A stretch of DNA of 63,332 bases, filler included, from Licmophora abbreviata (lineage: Eukaryota): the NCBI GenBank assembly GCA_900291995.1. It is 5 parts of 5 records of this genome, joined end to end, with 100 filler letters (N's around TTAATTAATTAA, not from the genome) between each part and the next. Parts side by side here need not be neighbours in the genome. Positions count along the whole stretch, not along the records: positions 15,797 to 34,086 come from OLMU01002629.1; 4 more parts are not named here. The stretch is one strand, 5' to 3'. Below, one piece after another: positions 22,450-33,375 of the stretch; within the stretch, counting starts at the first letter, position 1, and each line of letters opens with the position of its first letter. The notes under the pieces were generated by a model. The model did no database searches. It was given only the letters and a program-made list of their open reading frames with translations, and was not told the DNA's origin. Position numbers and translations under genes: made by a program.

Positions 22450-22810
22450 TTATCTTTTTATTTTCGAACACACAGTCCGGCGCAAATGGCTCGACATGGA
22501 ACCCAATCTCAATTTCTGAGTGTTGCCCCCATGTTTCTATATTCACAACTCTGGAAAGAAGAAGCCGCCAAGTTTCGCGAAAGGATGTGCACACAGTATT
22601 CTCCGAGGTGATCTCCTAGTCGACATGCTCAGAGCAGCGCCAGTCTCGCAAAGTTGAGCATCCTTCTAAGTAGACAAGGGTGTACCTAGCTAGTGTCTAG
22701 AGTCCTTACTAAATATATTCGGTCGCAGCTTGGCGATGCGAGCTGCCGGAGTTGCAAAATTGCGTATCGAAAAACAGACAATGCTTACACAGCCCTCCTT
22801 TTCTCAGTTC

Positions 22811-23524
22811 TCATCGACCCCCCTCGAGAAAGAAGTCTTCGTCAAATTCAATATCATCGTCCCCTTCGTCGAGGTCAATTCCTTGAACCAGCCCTCGGGG
22901 TAGCGAGTCGTCGTCTCCTCCGTACGCGCCGATTCCTTCACGCTTATATCCGGCCGTCGATACCTTGTCGATTAGGTACATCACATCGACGGCAGCAGAA
23001 ATATCAGCTTGGGCGAAAGTGAGGTTTGGGACTGACTTCATGTGACTCAGTCGTTGCGCGAGAGTGTGTCGAATAGGCTTTGTGTTCTGTACCAGCCAAC
23101 TGTAAGCGCGGCGCCGATCAACTGCAGGATTGAAAATGCCCTCCTCTTCGTCACCCTCGTTGGGCCCTCTTTTTCGAATCGACACGGTAATTCGCGCTTG
23201 GCGTAGGTCTGGTGAGATGTCAACATTCACAATGCTAATGCGTTGTCTCAGGTCGGACTCAAGGTAGTCCGCATCGCCCTTGATGTTGCCACGGTGCAAT
23301 ATCGATGATAGTTCTCCCTGCACCAAATGTCCGACTCGTTCCTGTCTCTTGGACCTCTCCTTTCCAGTTCGTGTCCTCCCACCTTTCGAACGGTAGTCCA
23401 TGGAAAGTTGGCTTGGAGTGACTGTCGACCGTCGAGTCGGACCGGCAACAGAAGCCCTCGGACAGAACGCCAGTGTACCAGTGAGCGAGGCCGCCACCGT
23501 AACAAAAAGTCCGAATCGATACAT
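22811..23524 (-). CDS. rbfA: Plastid ribosome-binding factor A
   Basis: RQERVGHLVQGELS, VDISPDLRQARI, IRHTLAQRL..MKSVPNLTF..D; signal peptide followed by LAFCP. Confidence 0.9.
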   Translation of the reverse strand: MYRFGLFVTVAASLTGTLAFCPRASVAGPTRRSTVTPSQLSMDYRSKGGRTRTGKERSKRQERVGHLVQGELSSILHRGNIKGDADYLESDLRQRISIVNVDISPDLRQARITVSIRKRGPNEGDEEEGIFNPAVDRRRAYSWLVQNTKPIRHTLAQRLSHMKSVPNLTFAQADISAAVDVMYLIDKVSTAGYKREGIGAYGGDDDSLPRGLVQGIDLDEGDDDIEFDEDFFLEGGR

Positions 23525-23989
23525 CAGCGGTATTTGGAAGTGTGCTTAGATTCGTCCTGTCCGACGGCGTGGGACTTAAGGAATTGAATCCACAAGCCAA
23601 GCTTGTTGTAGTCTGATGTATCGTACTGATTGCAATGCTTGTTCGGAACATGGTGCCAGTAGCATCATCGCGGCCGTCCATCTTGCCATCACAGAACAAA
23701 TCAACGTCCTGTCCGTCATCTCATGAATGGGTGGCTGCAATGACGCGCGATACAACTCCTGGGGCTCGCCTACAGACACCATACATACAGGTACTGATCA
23801 CATCCTTGATTTTTGATTTTGAATGACTACAGATGAGGAGTGACGGAATTCAATGTCTTCAGTCGAACGAGTCGAAAGAGACTGAATGACGTCATCAGTG
23901 AGACCACGACTCGTGACTCGACTGAATCGGTGTCTTATGTCTTCCAACCACATTCAAGACAGCAGATAGTGATAGTCCTAGTCCACACC

Positions 23990-24949
23990 ATGGCGTGGCA
24001 CGAACTATTCCGCGTGATCCTTGTTGTTGCTGTACTCTACATCACTGAAGCGACTGCCTTTCATTTGCCAGACGCGAGTCACTTGAAAAGTAGAGGTCGC
24101 GCCATCATTCAAACGCGTTTTCCCGCCAAGTTCGAGCGTCGACATGGTTGCTGCCAGGTACTGGCGATGTCGAGTCCGGAACAAGCAGGGAACGGCGCAA
24201 TGGAGAACTACAACCGTCTGCAGGATAAGGAATTCATGGAACGGACGAAACGCTGGGTCATTCTTGTGGACGACGAAGAAGCTATACGCATGAGTGTAGG
24301 TGACTTCTTGTACGACAGCGGCTATCGGGTCACGGCATGTGCCGACGCAGACGCCATGCTTGAAGTCTCCGCCAAACCAGAAGCGGATGGCGAGCTACCC
24401 TCGATTCCCGATGTGATTGTCAGCGATGTACGTATGCCAGGAAAAGACGGACTTGAGCTGGTTGGCTTGATTCGTGCTGATGAACGACTTGCGCGGGTAC
24501 CGATTATTCTACTCACCGCAAAGGGACTGACGGAGGATCGTATTGCGGGATACAAAGTGGGTGCCGATGTATACCTTCCCAAGCCTTTTAATCCAGAGGA
24601 GCTACTGACTATCATCGATAATGCCATATTGCGGCGACAGCAAATGACTGGTCAACAGGGAAAGATGGTAGAGCTCAAAGAAGATATGTCCAATATCAAA
24701 CAACTGCTTCGGCGGAATGGTTCCAAGGTCGTCAAGGTCACCGATGTCTACTTGACCCCCGCAGAACGGGAAGTATTAGAATTATTGGCCAAGGGGTACA
24801 CCAATGGAGAAATCGCGACAGAGCGGGGCGTCAACGTCATGGGCGTCAATCGAGCGATCCAGAAGATGTACTTGTCGACGCAGACGCGGACACGTACAGA
24901 ATTGGTGCGGTGGGCAATCTCGACTGGCTACGTATCACGAAGAAGATAA
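23990..24949 (+). CDS. ycf29: Plastid-targeted NarL/LuxR-type response regulator (Ycf29-like), copy 2
   Basis: Signal peptide MAWHELFRVILVVAVLYITEATA-FHLP; receiver ILVDDE/VSDVRMPG/LLTAK/LPKPF; HTH LTPAEREVLELLAKGYTNGEIA...RTELVRWA. Confidence 0.85.
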   Translation: MAWHELFRVILVVAVLYITEATAFHLPDASHLKSRGRAIIQTRFPAKFERRHGCCQVLAMSSPEQAGNGAMENYNRLQDKEFMERTKRWVILVDDEEAIRMSVGDFLYDSGYRVTACADADAMLEVSAKPEADGELPSIPDVIVSDVRMPGKDGLELVGLIRADERLARVPIILLTAKGLTEDRIAGYKVGADVYLPKPFNPEELLTIIDNAILRRQQMTGQQGKMVELKEDMSNIKQLLRRNGSKVVKVTDVYLTPAEREVLELLAKGYTNGEIATERGVNVMGVNRAIQKMYLSTQTRTRTELVRWAISTGYVSRRR

Positions 24950-25096
24950 GAAACACAAGTCCAATAATAGGAGACAGCGATATTACTAACATTGTATACG
25001 ATGTAGCGTGGTCCACTCGAGTATCCTCCTCCAATCTTCGCTAAGCATATCAGATCGCGTCGACATGAGATGGAAGATACCTGGTCGTAGAGATGC

Positions 25097-26526
25097 TCAT
25101 CCAAACACTTGCATGTACACATCACGTGCCAGGCGTTTCCAGTTGGGGCGAACGTCCTGGTCTTCTGTCTCAGAGTCTTCTCCCTTGTCTCTGATTCCCA
25201 CTTCAAACTCTCTTGGAGTCCAGCCGCAGTGTTCCAATGCACTGCGATGGTGCTCGTCGTCTATGTGATGAATCATTCGGTACTTGTCGAGCTCGTCCTT
25301 TCGCTCTGCCAAGTACTTTGGGTGGTTCAACATATTCTGAAGAATCGCGGCGTAGCGATGATGATTCTGTTCGTTTCGCTTCTGAGTCCACAGTTCTGGA
25401 TTATCAATCTTGCCCAATGCCAACATTTCACGCTGACCTTTCAGTTTTCGTACAATGTCCCAGCTGAGTGCTGCCTTGAGTGATCTCCGAAGCATTTTTT
25501 CTCGTTGCAACAGACTCATAAGTTCATTTCGTTCCCATGCGATGACGGTGGTCGGCTCGCGTGCGACAATGCCGCAACAGGATTCGACTTTCCCACGGAG
25601 CATGAGCCCCGCGTGCAGTCCGGCCTCTGAAACAAAGCTTCCCTCCTCGAGTTGGTACGTGGGCAGTCCATCGCGAACAGCCACGAGTTCTCCCTTGACC
25701 ACGAGACGAATGTAGCGATTCGGCGTCCCCTGAAGTGTAGCGTTTGATGGTAATTTTGTAGAAGGTTGGAACCCGAACAATACTGACACATTGCCACCAT
25801 ACCTGTGGTAAGACTCACCTGTCCAACCACCAAATCACCTGGCTGGTATGTAGTTTGAGATCCACTTCGCACCAATTTGGCAAAGTCAATGGGATCCAAT
25901 ACGTAAAAGTGATCATCCCGCACTCGAATCAAGTCGTCTGACAGTTGATGAGCAAAGAATCTATCCAAATATATTTTCCCAATCCGATATGAGTTGATGG
26001 CTATGAAGAGTAAATTCCACTTGAAGGGCAGCCAAAGGACACGTCCGTGGGGATGAAAATAGGAAAAGAAGAGCATAGCAGTACTTCCCGCGACGGCAAT
26101 AATACGGAGATGCAAGAAGTCGTCCACAGCGTACGATGCAGCCACCAGAATAAAGGAAGAGTGCCCGAAGCATTCCGACAAGGTAATTGTATGGTGCTGT
26201 GGTGATATCCATCGAGGAATCGGCATTGTCCGCGGTTTGAGTAAAACTGCATTCAGGGAAGCACGGAAGCGTTGGAAAAAAGAGATTGAAGACTCGCTGG
26301 TGGCCCCCGCTGCCGTCGTCGATTCAGCTACGAAAGCAGTCGACTGCCGTCTTGGGTGTGTGGAACTGGACTGGAGGCGGTCAGTGGCAGTGTCTGCACG
26401 AGTCGTAGTTGTCGTATTGCGGCCGCGAGGGGATCCCGCAGTTGTAGTGTACCGAGTGCGAGAGAGGCGTGCGACGTGTCGGACACAGACCGCCGTTCGA
26501 GTGTTGCAGGAAATCAGCTGTATCAT
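25097..26526 (-). CDS. Popeye-like membrane protein with cyclic-nucleotide-binding-type domain; intron 25730-25818
   Basis: Three TM segments (HSSFILVAASY; LRIIAVAGSTAMLFFSY; WNLLFIAINSYRI) followed by a CAP/cNMP-like barrel (YQPGDLVVGQG..RLVVKG..GSFVSE..IAWER). Confidence 0.7.
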
Positions 26527-27168
26527 GGCTGTCGAGGAGAAAGAAGAATGTGTCAGACAGGAATGGCTGGCCTTCTGCTGTGTCAGCGCGTCCCGGCGCC
26601 TGGTACCGGGTACCTGGTACGGTCAGTCATGACAAGCGACACCGCGGGTTCGAGTAGTCTATGCCCGTGCGTCGGCGGCGAAACAATCTTTCGGCAATTC
26701 TTCTCCCCTTCCTATCCTCCGTACAGCACTCACAGAACAGATTCGGCGTTCAGGGAAAACTAGAAACCACAAGACGTCTCAATCTTAGACCATCGCCTTG
26801 GAGAGAGGCACAACGAGGTCGCAACTGATGTGAAGTTTGCAGTTTGCAGTTCCGAAGTGACGCAAAGAATTCGGAATTTGAAAAGACAAAAGACGCTGTC
26901 ACAACAAGAGCCAGCCGTCACACGTCCAGCCTGGTGGCAGGTATGACGTGGCATTGCTCGATGGTGGAGGAATTCGATTCATTCGACTTGATTCAAGATT
27001 TGACTGATTCGATTCACTCGACTTTCCAAAAAATCACGCTCGAAACTTTCCCGAGCAGTGTGCATCTCAAGGAGTGTGCAGAGTGTGTCGATTACAGATT
27101 GATCGATTGAAAGTCTCATTATTTCACCCCGTTGTTGTCCGCTCGTCCTCAGTCGAGTAAGATCCACT

Positions 27169-27798
27169 ATGCTATCTTCCAGAAAAGGATTTCCAGCTCC
27201 CTGTGTCATGGGCGACGAAAGCATCATGAGCAAAAAGGCCCATGGCACTTCCGCGACGCCGGTCCAACAGAATCTTCGCTGGGGCTGCGACCAGCAGACT
27301 GCGGATCGTATATGCAATTTCAATCGCCACTATGCAGAGCACAGGTGAGTCGAATCGCTGCATGAAAATCAAGGCTGAACTGCATGGTTTTAGTGATGAA
27401 CTGCGCCCTCACTCTGCTTTTGCCTCTTGCGTCTCCCTCTTTCTCCTCTCTCTGTCAGTGGCTACTTTGAGAAAACGTCCTTTATTCAAGACGCCAATGT
27501 GACTCCTGGTGAGATTACCTTTTACGATTCCAACACTGGTAAACCTCTCTTTGTCGCTCCCCGTGGACGTTCCCTCGACGAATTCTTGGCAGAGTCTCGC
27601 GCGCATGGATGGCCCTCCTTTCGGGATGAAGAGGTCCTTTGGGACAGTGTCCGATGCTTGCCGGATGGAGAAGCAGTCAGTGTCGATGGAACGCATCTTG
27701 GACATAATCTACCGGATCGTAAGGGGTCCCGGTACTGTATCAACCTGGTTTCTGTAGCTGGTCACTCCAACGAAAAAAGTAAAAGTGGTGCGAGGTAG
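27169..27798 (+). CDS. msrB: Peptide methionine-R-sulfoxide reductase (MsrB/SelR-like, zinc-less algal type); intron 27345-27458
   Basis: GWPSF, HLGH and RYCIN motifs; upstream exon MLSSRKGFPAPCVMGDESIMSKKAHGTS..WGCD..ADRICNFNRHYAEH splices in frame. An extra upstream exon is possible. Confidence 0.8.
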
Positions 27799-28017
27799 TG
27801 TTTATGTCGGATGCGGACATGTATTCCAGTACGAGTAGACTGCTATAGCAGTGGCTTGAGGTCTTTATGGCTCGGGGTGCTCACTGACTTCAAGGATAAG
27901 TAGTACTAGTCAAGCGGCAAGCTGCATACGATTTACTTTGCTACGATACTTAGCAAGAGATGTTATAGACTATAGAGTGCCATCTCGTATGCGGGGAACT
28001 TGTCATCTATCTCATGT

Positions 28018-28969
28018 CTACATTTCTTGAATCCGATTGATGGGGACTTCTGCCATGATATCTTCTGCCGACACTGGCTTTTCCGGCTGCTCGTCCACCT
28101 TCTTTAGAGCGATCGACTCCGCATATCGAATCGACGCGCGTTTCGTCAAGAGTTGCTCGTGTCCCAGTCTCTGTTATGTAACAAAAAACGAAGTGAGCAT
28201 CGCCGTGTCACACTAAGACTACCACAGAAGCATAAAACTCACCTTTCGAACGGCTTCGGCTTCTCCAGCTGACGCCTGTCGAGTGACGGCATCGGCAAAC
28301 TCTTGAGCTGTCTGCTTCTTTTGCGTTGTATCGAAGGAAAAGAGAAAGTCTACATCGCCGAGGCTCGTTTCCAGGGCTACAACGGTCTTCCCATTCGATT
28401 GGGGTCTCACTTTGGCCGTCATAAACGCAAGGCTGATAGCATACTTGGGAGACGATGAAGAATCATTTTGGAATACGAAGCAAAATGGACCTTTGATCAA
28501 GACGAGCATCTCCTTGGTCTACCGGCACGGGCGAATCGTACAGTCGCATGCATCGCTTCGAGTGAGAATAAATAGACACGGGCAAGATTGATACGTAAAA
28601 CAGTCTTGAGTTTCAACAGACGTACCGAGTCGCCGACTAAACATCCGCAGGACACCCCGGGGCTTGCTTCTCCTCGATGGACGATGGCGTACTCTTCAAA
28701 GTCGGCTCCCTTGTTTCCGCGCAGCATCTGAGGGCTCGCACCTCTCTCTCCACCCGCCCTGTCGGTATCCAGTGCAACTTTGAGTTAGTTCATCCTGCTC
28801 ATGCTTTCATATTGCGGGGCGTACACTACCAGATACTACGAGTACTAGTACACAGGCTGAAATTTACAATGTACCTTGCGAAGCTCATCTTGGCTCGAGC
28901 AAAAATGCTGCTCCTCCTTTTCTGCAGGCTTGCTCTTGATTTCGCTTCGCTACTATCGTCGTTCGCCAT
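28018..28969 (-). CDS. Multi-exon hypothetical protein with PH-like domain
   Basis: Fragments MANDDSSEAK.., ADFEEYAIVHRG.., LIKGPFCFVFQND..PKYAISL.., RLGHEQLLTKRASIRYA.. separated by GT-AG intron-like segments; beta-strand pattern with a C-terminal helix fits a PH fold. Confidence 0.55.
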
Positions 28970-29339
28970 GGTGTCTCTTTTCCCTTTGGTCCTCTGTTCG
29001 GGTCCGTTTAGTGAGTCGAGTCAACGCCGTCGGCTACGTAGTCGTCATCGCGTCATCGCTCCTTTCTCATTTTCGTCATGCGTCAACAGTCATTTTCAAT
29101 TTTGCACGCGGTACGCGGTTTGACCACACATCGCAGGACAGACGCAATAAGGCGTGTGGGCCATCCATCTTTGCGCCGGGGAACAAAAGATCCTGAACTG
29201 ATTTTAGATTTTGGGTGATGGCGGCGGGTTCCTGATTTCGCGATGGTCCTACAGACGATTCGATTCATTCATTCCTACACACCCCAGCGAGAAAGCATTC
29301 GTTCATTCACTCCTGTAACTTTGAATCATAGGCTTCATC

Positions 29340-32300
29340 ATGCCACCGAACGCACCATCAAGCGGCGTGAAGACGAACGCACAATCGTCACCATCAACGG
29401 AGGACTCGAACCGAAATTTGGAATGTGGTACAAGTCTGGCCGAAACTGAGCACATCATGTTGGGAAGCGACGCAAGTGCGACTCCTGCCTTGACCGACAC
29501 ACAGTCCACCAACGCTCTTGACTCAATTGAATCTTTGCAGAATGAAATTGCGTCCGATAAATTGACATCGGACGGCGGTGTCCTGGAGACCTTTACGTCG
29601 CCCTTCGAAGTACCCATTGCGATGCGAACTTCGACTACCGATCGCTTTCTTACGGTACCCATGGTGTATTGCGATCATACAGCCTCGAATCGCCCTGTCC
29701 AGAGCATTGAGCGATACATAGAAAGTGTATGTCTTCCGTTGTATGGAAATACGCATACCAACACGAGTATCACGGGCAGTCAGAGCACCGCCTTTGTCGC
29801 CGAAGCCCGCCAGATTGTCGCCGAAGCCACCAATGCTAAAGTAACTGGAAAGGCTAGTTTGGACGTCGTGCTCTTTGCGTAAGTGCTGTATTAATGCAGT
29901 TTGTATCTGAAAAGACTGTTGTGGTTACCAGTGGTTGACTCATTGATACGCTAACGATTTGTTTTCGTAGTGGCAACGGTTGCACGTCTGCCGTCGAACT
30001 TCTGATTGACTGTCTTGGATTGCAGAGCACACCAACAGAAAACTCGCAAAGACCTGTTGTCTTTGTTGGACCGCACGAGCACCACTCCAATTTGCTGCCT
30101 TGGCGAGAATCGGGGTGCGAGATCGTCATGGTACCCGAGAGTCCGTCGTCAGGGTCGGTCGATATCGATGCATTGGACCAGCTGCTGTCGCACCCGCAAT
30201 ACGCTTCGCGACTCAAAATGGGAACCTTCACGGCGGCGTCTAATGTGACGGGAGCTGTTTCGAACGTCGACGAAATCGCCGCTACACTTCATCGTCACGG
30301 CTCTCTTGCCTTTTTCGACTATGCAACGGGAGCACCGTACTTGCCCATGAATATGAATCCACCACCCTCCGAACAATACCCCTCCGTATCCATGACTTGT
30401 AAAGATGCTATTTTTCTTAGCCCACACAAAATGCTAGGAGGGGTTGGTACGCCAGGAGTCTTGATCGTAAAGAAGCATTTGGTGAATCAAGTCAATGCAC
30501 CTTCGCGAAGTGGAGGGGGCACTGTCTTTTACGTCACAAACAAGCACCATCGCTTCTTGAGCAATCGAATTGAGCGATACGAAGGTGGGACGCCAAATGT
30601 GACAGGTATTGTCAGAACAGGTCTGACGTTTCTTTTGAAGCGCAAACTCGAACAGCAGTACGCACTGATACATGACGGGGCAAATGACAACAGCGTTCCA
30701 AAAAGTCTCGTGGAGTTCGACTACAATACCTACGACCGCATCATCCAGAGACTCAAGAGGACTTCCCCGAATCTGGTCATGCTCGGGTGCAATTCTGGTG
30801 GAAGGCATCTACCTATCTTCTCGTTCCTTGTGAGATGTGGGCGTCGCTTCTTGCATTATAATTACGTCTGCGCCATTCTAAACGATGTGTTTGGGATTCA
30901 GAGTCGCGGTGGATGTCAGTGCGCTGGTCCATACTCGCAACGACTGCTCGGCCTTACAGAACGCGATTCAAACGGCAACGATGTATCCAATAGACGAAAT
31001 GAGGAGATTGAGCATGCCTTGATGCGTTTCAAGGAGAGAGCTGAGCTACTTCGTCCCGGCTTTACTAGATTGAGTTTGCCCTTCAAAGGATTGCGAGAGG
31101 ACGAGACCGAGTACGTGGTCAGCGCTATGGAATGGGTGGCAAAGAACGCGTGGTCGCTCATGTGTCAATACACATGCAACCATCGAACAGGAGAGGTACG
31201 ACGTCTTTGAAAAAGTGAGGTCGCTCGTGTTCCGAGTGCATTGTCTCACGAAATCATACGCTGTTATGTTCTGGTAGTGGCGTCATCAAAGTCGACAAGG
31301 CAAACCTCTTGGACGAAATGAACGCAGATGGCTGAGTCGCTACAACTGCCTGCAGGCTCTCCCTAGAAAGCCTTCGTCGTCGACCCTGTCAGGTACTTCG
31401 GCGGTAGCGTCCATGCAAAAGGAGGCGCTTGTAACCGCGGACTCTTTGCTTGTTGCGGCAAGGGCGGATCGACCTAGCATAGCACAAGCACTCAAGATGA
31501 GCGCCGCAGAAGCGACTCTGGGTGGCCTTGACGACTCGATGGAGCATCTTCGATGGTATATCTATCCCAAGGAGTGCGCAGTTTGGATCACTGAGGGTTT
31601 GTCACACCCACCAGACACCGAGTCTCTTGAGATTCTTGGATGTTTGCGTCCTGGAGCTGTCGAAATCCGGAAAGCCAGACAAACGGTGTTGCCGGAGATC
31701 CTCGACCCTATGGTTGTTTCTTCTCCAGATGCGCTGGCGGACAGTCGAAAGAGAAAGCTGTTTCCTACTGGTGGTTCCCTTTCGAATGGTGACGTGATCG
31801 ATACCACCGAGCAAACAATCTCTGAATCTTCCTTTGCGTTTCGTGATGGTGAACACACTGGGGAAGCTTCTCTCAACGAGATCGAGGCTGGCTATGAGGA
31901 CGGTGAGCTCTCACATTCTTGTCAGGTTTTCGACAGTACATGTGATTCATGGGTGCCTGTAAACCTTTTCTTGAGCGGGGCGCAGATCAAGCCTGCGGTG
32001 TCCACCGCTCACGAAGAAGGCGATGAAGTCGTGCGTGATGCTGTTGATGATCGCAAAAAACCCTTTCGAGACAGCTCTGCGTGGGGACAGGCGTCAGTGC
32101 CGGAGCCGCCGACGAAGCCGAAACCTCCCCTTGAGTTCTCTAGCACAACCGCTGTTTGCCCTGGAAAGAAGAACCGGAAAGGCCGGGGTATCCGACCCCC
32201 ACCAAAGATGATGCGATATATCACGCAAGCGATCTTCCAGTGGAACATGATCGAAGAGGGGGATAGGCTTCTCCTTGGCCTTTCTGGTGGAAAGGATTCT

Positions 32301-33284
32301 CTCAGTCTTCTGCACTGCTTGCTTGAGCTCAAGCGAAAGCTACCCATCAACTTTGATATTGAGGTCTGCACAATTGATCCGCTGACTCCGTCGTTCGACC
32401 CTAGCCCGTTGATTCCATATGTTGAGTCGATCGGGCTGAAGTACCACTACATTCGAGACGACATCGTAGACCGAGCAAGCAAGAGTGGTAAAAACGGTGA
32501 GACAGTCTCGTCCTTGTGCGCATACTGCGCTAGAATGAAACGAGGGAATTTGTATACATGTGCGCGTCGGAACAACTGCAATAAGCTCGTTTTGGCTCAG
32601 CACCTTGACGATCTTGCTGAGAGTTTTCTTATGAGCACGTTTCATAATGGTTTCGTGCGAACAATGAAAGCAAACTACCGTATCAACTCTGGAGATCTCT
32701 CAGTCATCCGACCGATGGTGTACTGTCGTGAGAGTCTCATGACTGAGTTCGCCAAGGCAAGCAACCTACCTGTCATTAACGAGAATTGTCCCGCTTGCTT
32801 CGAGGAACCGAAAGAAAGGGCAAGGGTGAAAAAACTTCTTTCTCGAGAAGAAACGTTGTATCCAAACATTTACGACAACATCCGCCGTTCCTTGATTCCA
32901 TTAATGCACGACGACTCAACAGCAATACTTCGCTCCTACCTTGAGGAAGCCTTGGAGAAAAGCAAGAAGGAGAACCAGATGAAATTCAAAAATGAAGTCT
33001 GGAGAAGAAAGTTGCAAGATAAGGCAATCGACGACGGACTGGAGAGTACGACCGGTGGCGCAAGAAACGTGACGGAAGTCGAACAGACTTCAAAAAGAGC
33101 AAAGCTGACGCTGTCCAACGCAAGTGAAGAGGAGCTAGTTACTGAACTCGCAAGACGTCGAGCTGAGAAATTCAGATTGGCTGGTGCGATGAAACGTCTT
33201 GGCAACGACGAAGATCCAACTGGTCAGGTCTGTACGTTGAAGGGCGGCGATGGCAGTATTCCTTGTCATGAGCTCATGGAATAA
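29340..33284 (+). CDS. Fusion of class-V aminotransferase (cysteine desulfurase-like) and TtcA-type PP-loop tRNA thiolase, 3 exons: 29340-29878, 29971-31195, 31278-33284 (about 1256 aa)
   Basis: YCDHTAS, YGNTH, EHHSN, FDYA, SPHK (PLP Lys), EGGTP, SRGGCQCAG; then LGLSGGKDS, CAYCARMKRG, AQHLDD, VIRPM, ENCPAC. Both introns are GT-AG and splice in frame (..TGE|WRH..). Confidence 0.85.
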
Positions 33285-33375
33285 AGCTAAGGGGTTTTGT
33301 AGAGGACGAAGCACTGCCTACTCTCTTTTTACTGTAGTTAACTTTGAACTTAGTTGCGATGCAAACCCAGTGTTT

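Noticed and set aside
27728..27750. Possible selenocysteine in MsrB
   Set aside because: The catalytic codon is TGT (Cys); no in-frame TGA.
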